Origin: Deltaproteobacteria bacterium
Lineage (GTDB): Bacteria; Myxococcota_A; UBA9160; SMWR01
Length of the DNA stretch: 34,503 bases
Assembly (NCBI GenBank): GCA_019313605.1
Contig: JAFDAW010000004.1
Span: forward strand, 1 to 34,503
Direction of reading: 5' to 3'
Of the stretch, positions 11,002-18,803 are shown piece after piece. The notes beneath the pieces are model-generated. The model was not told where the DNA came from and did not search any database. It worked only from the letters and a program-made list of their open reading frames with translations. The first letter of the stretch is position 1. Each line of letters starts with the position of its first letter. The translations under genes and the position numbers were made by a program.

Positions 11002-11445
11002 TCAGCGGAGGTCGGGGAACAACTCGACGCGCTGATCGGCTTTGGCCGCTTCTGCGACTTCGGCGAGATTCGAGTCGTTCGCCCAGTCTCGGAGGTGCTT
11101 GCTGAGTCGGCTCCACGTGCCGTGAAGTGGGCACGGAGTCACTTGATCGCAATTTCCCCAACCGAACGCGCAACGCCCTTCGGCTGGAAACGCGTCGATC
11201 GCGTCCAGGATTTCGATGAAGGGAATCTCGACAGGGGGGCGGGCGAGCGAAAAGCCTCCGCCCTGTCCTTTTCGCGAGACGAGCAGATTGGCGAGTACCA
11301 GGCGCCGCAGGATTTTGGACAGATAGGGGGCTGGAATTCCCGTAGCCTGCCCGAGATCGGTGGCGCGAATCTTTTTCCCCTCGGGGAGAATCGCAAGCGC
11401 CGACATGGCGCGAATCGCATATTCAGCGGTTTGGGAGATGAACAT
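11002..11445 (-). CDS. Rrf2-family transcriptional regulator (Fe-S type, NsrR/IscR-like), copy 1
   Basis: 147 aa from the ATG at 11445, preceded by GAGGAGcgacATG. wHTH signature MFISQTAEYAIRAM...YLSKILRRL. Cys cluster CAFGWGNCDQVTPCPLH (C-x6-C-x5-C-x2-H). The extra 17 N-terminal residues in the track ORF are Arg-rich and unlikely to be coding. Confidence 0.9.
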   Translation of the reverse strand: MFISQTAEYAIRAMSALAILPEGKKIRATDLGQATGIPAPYLSKILRRLVLANLLVSRKGQGGGFSLARPPVEIPFIEILDAIDAFPAEGRCAFGWGNCDQVTPCPLHGTWSRLSKHLRDWANDSNLAEVAEAAKADQRVELFPDLR

Positions 11446-11682
11446 GTCGCTCCTCGGCCGGCGCTGTACACGGCGCCGGATCCCTATCCCTACCATTATT
11501 GCACGCCAAAGTCATTAATGGACGTCGAAGTCGCCTGTTCCTGAACCGCCGTACGGCCGCACCTCCGCCAGCGCGCAATTGCCCCGAGTTCGGCGAGCCC
11601 CTACCTTGGTTTCCGATCCTCTTTTCTGGCCCCTCGTTCTGGGTGGCTAGGCCTTGACTGCCCCACCAGAGTTTTCTAAACA

Positions 11683-11710
11683 GACAAACAGATCTTTAGA
11701 TCCGTTTATC
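11683..11710. promoter_or_regulatory. Operator-like inverted repeat in the rrf2-1 / HCO divergent intergenic region
   Basis: GACAAACAGATC-TTTA-GATCCGTTTATC. Identical at 22 of 28 positions to the palindrome upstream of nirS (20321-20348). It lies just downstream of a possible promoter: TTGACT 11654-11659, 17-nt spacer, TAAACA 11677-11682. Confidence 0.5.
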
Positions 11711-11773
11711 GTTATCCGATATTGCGGGCCGAGGATCTGCTGTGCAGCACACCAACCCGCCTCGAGGATCGAG

Positions 11774-13219
11774 ATGAACGGTGCAAGGGAGTCCGCAATG
11801 CCCAACCGGCGCGTGCACGAATCGCAAAGTCGGTTGGAGCTGCAATGCGCGGGTCAGTGGTTGGGCCTCGCTCTCGGGGTGCTCACACTCGCGGGGCTGT
11901 TTTCGCTCGTCGTCGTCATCGGGCGAATGCCGCCTTTCGATCGCCTGGTCACCGATCCGCTCTTCTTCAAGCGCGGCCTCGTCGTGCACGTCAACCTCGC
12001 TCTGGTTGCGTGGTTCTACTCGTTCGTGGCTGCGTTGTTGTTCTTTCTGCCCGGCCGGTCGGCACCGAGCCGACTCGCCCGACACTCCGTGCACGTCAGC
12101 GCGCTCGGCGTCGCGATGATGTTGCTCGCGGCGGGCATGCCCGGAAGCCAACCCGTTCTCTCCAACTACATCCCGATGATCGATCACTGGTTGTTCGGCG
12201 TCGGGCAGGTCTTTTTTGCGGCGGGTGTCTTGACGAGTTTCATCAGCCGACGGCTTCTCACGGCGCGCACTGCAAGCGGCGGATTCTTCGAGATCCCGGG
12301 TGCCGCACAGATGGGCCTGCGGAGCACAGCAGTCGTGCTGGTACTGGCCGCGCTCACCTTTGCGATCACCTCCGTACGCATCACGCCGGACCTTCCCATC
12401 GACGTCTACTACGAGCTGCTCTTCTGGGGCGGCGGACACGTGCTGCAACTCTGCTGCAGCATCGCGATGATCTCGGTCTGGCTGATCCTGCTCCACTCAT
12501 CGTTGGGTCGCTCCCCGATCAGCGAAAGAGCTGCCGCAATCCTATTCGGTGCGATGGTGGTGCCGTGGCTCGCATCTCCGATCCTCGCAATGCTCGGAAC
12601 CTGGAGCCCGGGCTACCGCGACGGTTTCACCTTCCTGATGCGCTGGGCGATCTTTCCCGTGCTCGGCCTGTTCATGGTTGCGTGCTTTCGATTGCTGCTC
12701 GTGGAGTTTCGCGCCGGGCACATCGGCCTCCGGTCGCTCTCGGATCCGCGAATTTCCGGCTTTCTCGTCAGCGCGCTGCTGACGCTGCTCGGATTCGCGC
12801 TGGGTGCGGGCATTCGCGGCTCTAACACGATGATCCCCGCCCACTACCACGCCTCGATCGGCGGCATCACCGCGGCGTTCATGACCGTCACCTACGTGAT
12901 GTTGCGCGCGTTTGGATTTTCGATTTCAACGCGCCGGCTGCAGCGCGCGGCAGCCTGGCAGCCCGCCGTCTACGGAGTGGGGCAGATGGTCTTTGCGAGC
13001 GGCTTCGCGATCGCGGGGATCTACGGAATGTCGCGGAAGGCCTACGGCGCTGAGCAGGCCGGCCGCGGACTCGGCGAAAGCATCGGACTCGGCGTGATGG
13101 GCGTCGGCGGACTGGTCGCGGTCGGCGGCGGGCTTCTCTTCCTCGGGGTCGTTGCCAGCATCTGGCGGCAGGGATCCGAGAGGCGGATTCAAACACTCAA
13201 ACCGATCACCGAAGCCTGA
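11774..13219 (+). CDS. Divergent heme-copper-oxidase subunit-I-like membrane protein lacking the CuB His-His pair
   Basis: 481 aa from the ATG at 11774 (GAGGA 5 nt upstream; the ATG at 11798 is also possible). About 12 TM helices. HCO landmarks retained: helix II His (LVVHVNLALVAWF), helix VI His (LFWGGGHVLQ), helix X His pair (NTMIPAHYHASIGG). No HH motif at the helix VII position. Confidence 0.7.
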   Translation: MNGARESAMPNRRVHESQSRLELQCAGQWLGLALGVLTLAGLFSLVVVIGRMPPFDRLVTDPLFFKRGLVVHVNLALVAWFYSFVAALLFFLPGRSAPSRLARHSVHVSALGVAMMLLAAGMPGSQPVLSNYIPMIDHWLFGVGQVFFAAGVLTSFISRRLLTARTASGGFFEIPGAAQMGLRSTAVVLVLAALTFAITSVRITPDLPIDVYYELLFWGGGHVLQLCCSIAMISVWLILLHSSLGRSPISERAAAILFGAMVVPWLASPILAMLGTWSPGYRDGFTFLMRWAIFPVLGLFMVACFRLLLVEFRAGHIGLRSLSDPRISGFLVSALLTLLGFALGAGIRGSNTMIPAHYHASIGGITAAFMTVTYVMLRAFGFSISTRRLQRAAAWQPAVYGVGQMVFASGFAIAGIYGMSRKAYGAEQAGRGLGESIGLGVMGVGGLVAVGGGLLFLGVVASIWRQGSERRIQTLKPITEA

Positions 13220-13230
13220 AGGAGGTACGG

Positions 13231-13386
13231 ATGAGCTCGAAAGAGCCTGACGGAAAAAAACCGCTGCAGAAGCTGATGGACAACCCCTGGCTGCTGCTGG
13301 TCCTTGGAATCGTGATCCCCACCCTTTCCTACACGGTATGGGGTTGGATCGAATTGTGGCTGGTTCCGCCAGCCGCACTTCCCTGA
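13231..13386 (+). CDS. Small single-TM protein, candidate subunit IIa (CbaD-like) of the B-type HCO
   Basis: 51-aa ORF, below the track cutoff: MSSKEPDGKKPLQKLMDNPWLLLVLGIVIPTLSYTVWGWIELWLVPPAALP. GAAGGAGG lies 5-6 nt upstream of the ATG. Its position directly before subunit II matches the IIa-II-I order of ba3-type operons. Confidence 0.45.
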   Translation: MSSKEPDGKKPLQKLMDNPWLLLVLGIVIPTLSYTVWGWIELWLVPPAALP

Positions 13387-13402
13387 GCCGAGTGGAGGAA
13401 CC

Positions 13403-13927
13403 ATGAGTATCTACAACCCGCCCGAAGGATGGCTCCAAGCTCCGAAAGGGCCCGAACGCCTCTGGATCGGTCTCGCGCTCATCTGGTGCATCGTGATGTC
13501 GCTCGCGATGCCGTACTGGCACTTCTACGGCAAACAGAACGCTTCAGGCGAGTCCTACAGGGTTTCCGCCGTCGACTATGGCACCCGTGTCCGACAGTTC
13601 GTCGAAGCAAACACGGTCGGAGAGGCATCCGGCATCCCGATCGTCGAGATCCCGCCGGGCGGCGATGGCTATCTGCTCGCGCGGATGTGGAGCTTCTACC
13701 CGGTCATCAAGATGAAGATGGGGCAGACCTACCGCCTGCACATCTCATCGATGGACCTTCAACACGGCTTCTCGCTCCAGCCGCTGAACATGAACTTTCA
13801 GGTGCTACCGGGCTATGACCACGTGCTGACCATCACACCGACCAGCACGGGTGTCTTCCCGATCATCTGCAACGAATTCTGCGGAATCGGACATCACATG
13901 ATGACCGGCCGCATCATCGTCGAATAG
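13403..13927 (+). CDS. HCO subunit II with complete CuA centre
   Basis: 174 aa with one TM helix and a cupredoxin domain. All CuA ligands are present: H(GFS)-x34-CNEFCGIGHHMM, i.e. H...C-x3-C-x3-H-x2-M. GGAGG RBS. Confidence 0.9.
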   Translation: MSIYNPPEGWLQAPKGPERLWIGLALIWCIVMSLAMPYWHFYGKQNASGESYRVSAVDYGTRVRQFVEANTVGEASGIPIVEIPPGGDGYLLARMWSFYPVIKMKMGQTYRLHISSMDLQHGFSLQPLNMNFQVLPGYDHVLTITPTSTGVFPIICNEFCGIGHHMMTGRIIVE

Positions 13928-13936
13928 GAGACTCTC

Positions 13937-15658
13937 ATGGCCAGCGCAGTCGAAAGCCTTCCCATCTTGGGAAATCACCCGACCGATCAGGTCCGAGCCT
14001 GCGACACGACGACACTGCCGGTCTGTCTGACAGCCCAGAAGTTCATCAAGCTGCACGCGGTTGCAGCAGTCGTCTTCCTGTTGATCGGCGGAATCGCGGC
14101 GCTGACCCTCGGGCTGACCCGATGGCCCGCCGTGCATCTGCTCGACGCACAGTGGTATTACCGCCTGCTCACGCTCCACGGCCTCAACATGTTGATCTTC
14201 TGGATCCTCAATTTTGAGATTGCCGTGCTCTACTTTGCGTCAACCGTGCTCTTGAATACCCGGCTCGCTTCGAAGAGCGCCGCGTGGGTCGGTCTGGTGA
14301 TGATGACCGTCGGAGCGATCATGGTTGATGCGGCGATCTTCGGAGGCAAAAGCGATGTGCTGATGACCTCCTACGTTCCGCTCAAGGCGAGCCCGTGGTT
14401 CTACCTCGGGATCATCCTCGTCGCCGTCGGCACACTGGTGGGCGTGATCAACTACTTCGCGACGATCTACATCGCGAAGCGAGATCAAACCTACAAGGGT
14501 TCGGTGCCGCTGGTGGTCTTCGGCGCCACCGCCGCCGCAATCATCGCGGTCGTCACGCTGCTTCACGGTGCGGTCGTGATGATCCCGACCCTGCTTTGGT
14601 CAATGGGAATCATCGAAAATATCGATCCAGCGTGGTACCGGATTACCTGGTGGGGGCTCGGCCACATGTCCCAGCAGGTCAACGTCTGCGCGATGGTTTC
14701 GATCTGGTATCTGCTCGGAACGCTGACGGTCGGCTCCAAGCCCCTGAACCAGGCTGTTTGTCGCGGCGCCTTCGTGCTCTACATCCTCTTCATCAACGTC
14801 GCGTCCGCCCATCACCTGCTGGTGGACCCCGGAACCGGATCCGTCTGGAAGATCTGGAATACCTCCTACGCGATGTATCTCGCGGTGCTCGCGTCGATGA
14901 TTCACGGATTCACGGTGCCGGCTTCGATCGAAGTCGCGATGCGCAAGAAGGGCTTCAATCGGGGGCTCTTCGGTTGGCTTGCGAACGCCCCCTGGAGCAA
15001 TCCCGGATTCTCGGGCTTCTTCCTCTCACTCGTGATCTTCGGCTTCGGCGGAGGCATCACGGGCGTCACACTGGGCACGCAACAGATCAACATCATGGCC
15101 CACAACACGCTGCGCATCCCCGGTCACTTCCACGTGACGGTGGTCGGTGGCACGACGTTGGCCTTCATGGCGATCACCTACTACATCGTTCCGCTGATCT
15201 TCCAGAAGGACTTCTACGCAAAGGCACTGTGCCGAATCCAGCCCTATCTGTTTGGAGGTGGGATCACCTTGATGGCGCTCGGCATGTCGTTTGCGGGTTC
15301 CTATGGCGTGCCGCGCCGGCATTGGGACATCGAGTTCACGGGCGGCCTGTTCGCGACCGGATTCGACGCGGGTGCGCACGTGATGCTCGGGATCATGGGA
15401 GTCGGTGCGGTGATCGCGTTCCTCGGCTTGCTCCTCTACTGCCTGCTGGTCGTCGCGGCCGTGTTCTTCGGTCGCCCGGTCGAAGGCAAGCCGATGGAGG
15501 CCTGGAACGAAGAGCCGCGAGGACAGATCGACGCCGAGGAGGTGGACGAGCACAAGACGCCGGGCACCCTGGTAATCGTGTTCGTCTTCCTGACAGCGTT
15601 TGCGGTCTACTACTTCGCGAATTGGATGTGGCTCAGCGATCTCTGGGAGGTTCGCTAG
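13937..15658 (+). CDS. B-family-like heme-copper oxidoreductase subunit I with Tyr->Gln at the cross-link position (NO-reductase-like)
   Basis: 573 aa. Landmarks: H81 (LTLHGLNMLIFW), CuB H243 in WWGLGHMSQQVNV, H292/H293 (ASAHHLLVDPG), H397/H399 (HNTLRIPGHFHVTVVGG), and GLFGWLANAPWSNPGF as in ba3-type enzymes. The residue at H+4, Tyr in O2 reductases, is Gln247 (14675-14677). Confidence 0.9.
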   Translation: MASAVESLPILGNHPTDQVRACDTTTLPVCLTAQKFIKLHAVAAVVFLLIGGIAALTLGLTRWPAVHLLDAQWYYRLLTLHGLNMLIFWILNFEIAVLYFASTVLLNTRLASKSAAWVGLVMMTVGAIMVDAAIFGGKSDVLMTSYVPLKASPWFYLGIILVAVGTLVGVINYFATIYIAKRDQTYKGSVPLVVFGATAAAIIAVVTLLHGAVVMIPTLLWSMGIIENIDPAWYRITWWGLGHMSQQVNVCAMVSIWYLLGTLTVGSKPLNQAVCRGAFVLYILFINVASAHHLLVDPGTGSVWKIWNTSYAMYLAVLASMIHGFTVPASIEVAMRKKGFNRGLFGWLANAPWSNPGFSGFFLSLVIFGFGGGITGVTLGTQQINIMAHNTLRIPGHFHVTVVGGTTLAFMAITYYIVPLIFQKDFYAKALCRIQPYLFGGGITLMALGMSFAGSYGVPRRHWDIEFTGGLFATGFDAGAHVMLGIMGVGAVIAFLGLLLYCLLVVAAVFFGRPVEGKPMEAWNEEPRGQIDAEEVDEHKTPGTLVIVFVFLTAFAVYYFANWMWLSDLWEVR

Positions 15659-15691
15659 GCGGCCTCACGGCCCGACGGCCAAAATAAGGAG

Positions 15692-16630
15692 ATGGCAACT
15701 TCCCCCAAACGACTCGAGGTTTTTCAAAACCTTCTGACGGGAGCCACCTTTCCGGCGTTCGCGCTGTCGCTGCTCGCCTGCTGGGTGATCTTCTTGATCG
15801 CAATGCTGCTGGCTCCCTCCAGCGCAGCTGGTCTCGGTGCGTTTGCGGAGGACTTTCGGATCTGGTGCTTCGGCTACGACCCGGCAACGGGTCGCACCGA
15901 AGTCGGCTACGTGATGTCGATGATCCTTCCGCAGTTCATGATCGCGGGCTTCATCGCGTACTTCTGGTGGGAGCCGCTGCGTGAACTCGCGAATCAGCCG
16001 CTGCGCATCGCCCGCCACTTTGGAGCGGCAGCACTCCTGGTAGCGGCTTCATCCGTCGGCTTTGCGCTCACCGCAGAACAGTCGCTGAAGGGGGAGCTCC
16101 CGTTTCCCGCCGAAGAATTGCGCACCGCCTACGAGGCGCCGCAATTCGCGCTCACCAATCAGCTCCGAGAAACGGTCGGTCCCGCTGCGTTCGAGGGCAA
16201 CGTGGTCGTTCTCACGGCCGTCTACGCCTCCTGCCCTCACACCTGCCCCCTGATCTTGACGCAAGCCAAGGCGGCGATCGCGGAGCTCTCGCCCGAGGAA
16301 CGCGCAGACCTGCGGGTGATCGCGGTGACGATGGATCCGGAGAACGATTCTCCCGATGTGCTCCAGAAGCTGGCAGAAAATCACGGCATGGAATCGCCGC
16401 TCTACAATCTAGTGACGGGTGCTTCCGCCGACGTGGAGCCACTGCTCGATCGGATGGAGATCGCGCGCCAGCGCGACCCCGAAACCGGTATCATCAACCA
16501 CGCGAATCTATTCCTCCTGATCGATCGAGAAGGGCGAGTTGCGTATCGACTCGGACTGGGCGAACGCCAACAGCGTTGGCTCACATCCGCTCTCAGGGTT
16601 CTGCTCCGCGAAGAAGCGGCATCGGGGTAA
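15692..16630 (+). CDS. SCO1/SenC-family copper chaperone with a ~130-aa three-TM N-terminal extension
   Basis: 312 aa. Thioredoxin-fold domain with CPHTCP (CxxxC) and a downstream conserved His (IINHANLFLLID). Three hydrophobic helices precede it. Confidence 0.8.
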   Translation: MATSPKRLEVFQNLLTGATFPAFALSLLACWVIFLIAMLLAPSSAAGLGAFAEDFRIWCFGYDPATGRTEVGYVMSMILPQFMIAGFIAYFWWEPLRELANQPLRIARHFGAAALLVAASSVGFALTAEQSLKGELPFPAEELRTAYEAPQFALTNQLRETVGPAAFEGNVVVLTAVYASCPHTCPLILTQAKAAIAELSPEERADLRVIAVTMDPENDSPDVLQKLAENHGMESPLYNLVTGASADVEPLLDRMEIARQRDPETGIINHANLFLLIDREGRVAYRLGLGERQQRWLTSALRVLLREEAASG

Positions 16631-16633
16631 GAG

Positions 16634-18793
16634 ATGGCACCGCCGGATACCACGCGCACGCCACTCAGCGTAGAATCGACGGCGGGTGGCGCGGGCGCGC
16701 GGCCATCGTCCGTGCGGGGTGTCGAGGGCGCACCAAACGATTTCGAATCGCCGCCGAGTGAGTCGCCGCTGCCCAAAGGAATCCTGCGTCAACTCGACAA
16801 GGGCTTCATCTATCTCGATCGCCTGCTCGCGCGCTGCGTCTCCAGCTCGCTGAACCCGATGCTTCACACCGGCGCGATCGCGGTGACAGCACTGTTCATC
16901 GCGACGGTGTCGGGCATCGTGCTGCTGATCTGGTACAAGCCCAGCGTCCACATGGCCTACGAATCGCTCGATGCAATGTCGCGATCTCCGCTCGGGTCGG
17001 GCCTGGTGCGTTCACTGCATCGATACAGCTCCGATGCGGCGGTTCTCTTCGGCTTAATCCACGCGTTTCGGGTTTTCTTCGAGCGGCGCTTCGACGGTGC
17101 GCGTTGGCTCGCGTGGGTGACCGGGGCGATCATGATGGGGCTGCTCTGGTTCATCGGCTGGACGGGCTATTGGTTGGTCTGGGATCTGCGCGCCCAATCC
17201 GTCGCGGTCGGCAGCGCAAAGATGTTGGACGTGCTCCCCATATTCACCGATCCGCTGAGTCGCTCCTTCGTTACGGATGAGAGCGTCAATTCCCTGCTCT
17301 TCTTCGTGGTCTTCTTCATCCACATGATCATTCCGCTCGCGATGGTGGTCGTGATGTGGCTGCACATCACCCGCCTCGCGCGCGCCCGCTACCTGACCAG
17401 CAAGGTGATGACGATCTGGGTGGTGGCACTGTTGCTCTTGATCTCCATCGCGTATCCGGCGACCAACGAAGCCCCCGCTCAGATGACTGCAAATGCCGAA
17501 TACTTCACGATGGATTGGTGGTACCTCTTCCCGATGCCGCTCATCGATCGGCTGAGTGCGGGAGCACTCTGGGGTCTGCTGATCGTCGGAAGCGCGGTCT
17601 CACTCGCGATCCCCTGGTTGTTGGCGAAAAAGCGCAAGCGGCCCGCTTCGGTGGTCGCCTCGCGCTGCAACGAATGCAAGAAGTGTTATACGGATTGCCC
17701 TTACGAGGCGATCGAAATGGTCGCGCGCACGGACGGAAACGACCGCTACCTCACCCAGGCTTCGGTGATCGATTCCAAGTGCGTCGCGTGTGGCATTTGC
17801 GCGGGATCGTGTGACACGGTGGGGATCGGTCTGGACTGGTTCTCGAGCATCGAGCAGCGAAGACTCATCGAATCGTGGATGAAGCAGGCCGAGCAAGCGC
17901 GAGAAACCGTTCACCTCGCTTTCGTCTGCGCGGAATCCGCGGGGGCGAAACTCGAGATCGATCCAGTCACCGGCCTCTGTGCCGAACTTCCCGGCTACCG
18001 CGCGCTGCGCGTTCCGTGTGCGGGTTGGGTCCAGCCGCTGATGATCGAACGTGCAATCCGACAGGGAGCCAGCGGCGTGTTGGTCGTAAGCTGCCCGCCC
18101 GATCGATGCATGTACCGCGAAGGCGCCGAGTGGGAGCGCCAGCGAATCGAGGGCCTCCGCGAACCCGCACTGCGCGTCGACAAGCTCGAGCCTGGGCAGG
18201 TACAGCTCGTAGCGCTCGATCGCACGCGCAAGGCGGACCTGATTCGCACGGCAGAGCGTTTTCGCACGGGCGAAGAGTCGCTTCAGACCCCGAGCCGCCC
18301 GCGCGCTCTCCACGCGGTGTCGGCAACGGTCTTGCTGATCGCATGTGCGGGAATACTCGGCCTGGGGAGTGATTTCGGTTACACGGCGCCCGGCATCGAC
18401 GGTTCCGAGTTCGTCGTGAGCCTGAAGCACCCGGGCCTGGCCAGCGAGAACTGCCGTGACCTCACGCCGGAAGAACTCGCGTCGACACCCATCCATATGC
18501 GCAAGGAGCGTGTCTGCGAGCGGATGCGGCCACCCGTTCGCCTTCGAGTGACCATCGATGGCACCACTGCACTCGAGACCAGCATTGCGCCGTCGGGCAT
18601 CTGGGAGGACGGCAACAGCGTGGCCGTCGAACGAATTCCGGTCGAGCCGGGTGAGCACCGCGTGAGCGTGGCGATCGGCGAGACAGTGGACCCCGACGAG
18701 TGGAACTTCGGCGAGGAGCAGACGATCACCTTTACCGATGAATCCCGCCGCGTCGTCGTCTTCGACCGCGTCGCGGGCTTCACCTGGCACTGA
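16634..18793 (+). CDS. Fusion protein: di-heme cytochrome b + 2x[4Fe-4S] ferredoxin + MvhD/FlpD-like domain + TM helix + C-terminal domain of unknown function
   Basis: 719 aa. Cytochrome b signatures: two H-x13-H pairs (SLHRYSSDAAVLFGLIH and IHMIIPLAMVVVMWLH), WFIGWTGYWLVW, and a PEWYF-like MDWWYLFP. Then CNECKKCYTDCP ... CVACGICAGSC. Then an MvhD/FlpD-like segment (FVCAESAG...VPCAGWV...VVSCPPDRCMY). Then TM AVSATVLLIACAGILGLG and a ~150-aa tail. Confidence 0.8.
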   Translation: MAPPDTTRTPLSVESTAGGAGARPSSVRGVEGAPNDFESPPSESPLPKGILRQLDKGFIYLDRLLARCVSSSLNPMLHTGAIAVTALFIATVSGIVLLIWYKPSVHMAYESLDAMSRSPLGSGLVRSLHRYSSDAAVLFGLIHAFRVFFERRFDGARWLAWVTGAIMMGLLWFIGWTGYWLVWDLRAQSVAVGSAKMLDVLPIFTDPLSRSFVTDESVNSLLFFVVFFIHMIIPLAMVVVMWLHITRLARARYLTSKVMTIWVVALLLLISIAYPATNEAPAQMTANAEYFTMDWWYLFPMPLIDRLSAGALWGLLIVGSAVSLAIPWLLAKKRKRPASVVASRCNECKKCYTDCPYEAIEMVARTDGNDRYLTQASVIDSKCVACGICAGSCDTVGIGLDWFSSIEQRRLIESWMKQAEQARETVHLAFVCAESAGAKLEIDPVTGLCAELPGYRALRVPCAGWVQPLMIERAIRQGASGVLVVSCPPDRCMYREGAEWERQRIEGLREPALRVDKLEPGQVQLVALDRTRKADLIRTAERFRTGEESLQTPSRPRALHAVSATVLLIACAGILGLGSDFGYTAPGIDGSEFVVSLKHPGLASENCRDLTPEELASTPIHMRKERVCERMRPPVRLRVTIDGTTALETSIAPSGIWEDGNSVAVERIPVEPGEHRVSVAIGETVDPDEWNFGEEQTITFTDESRRVVVFDRVAGFTWH

Positions 18794-18803
18794 GGAGTTT
18801 GAG

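Noticed and set aside
11654-11773. TTG-initiated N-terminal extension of the HCO paralog, as in the ORF track
   Set aside because: The extension covers the promoter-like TTGACT and the 28-nt inverted repeat, is AT-rich, and translates to non-protein-like sequence. ATG 11774 has a GAGGA RBS.
17600-18790. 396-aa antisense ORF within the cytochrome b-FeS fusion gene
   Set aside because: No motifs and Arg/Ala-rich. The sense frame carries cytochrome b, ferredoxin and MvhD signatures.
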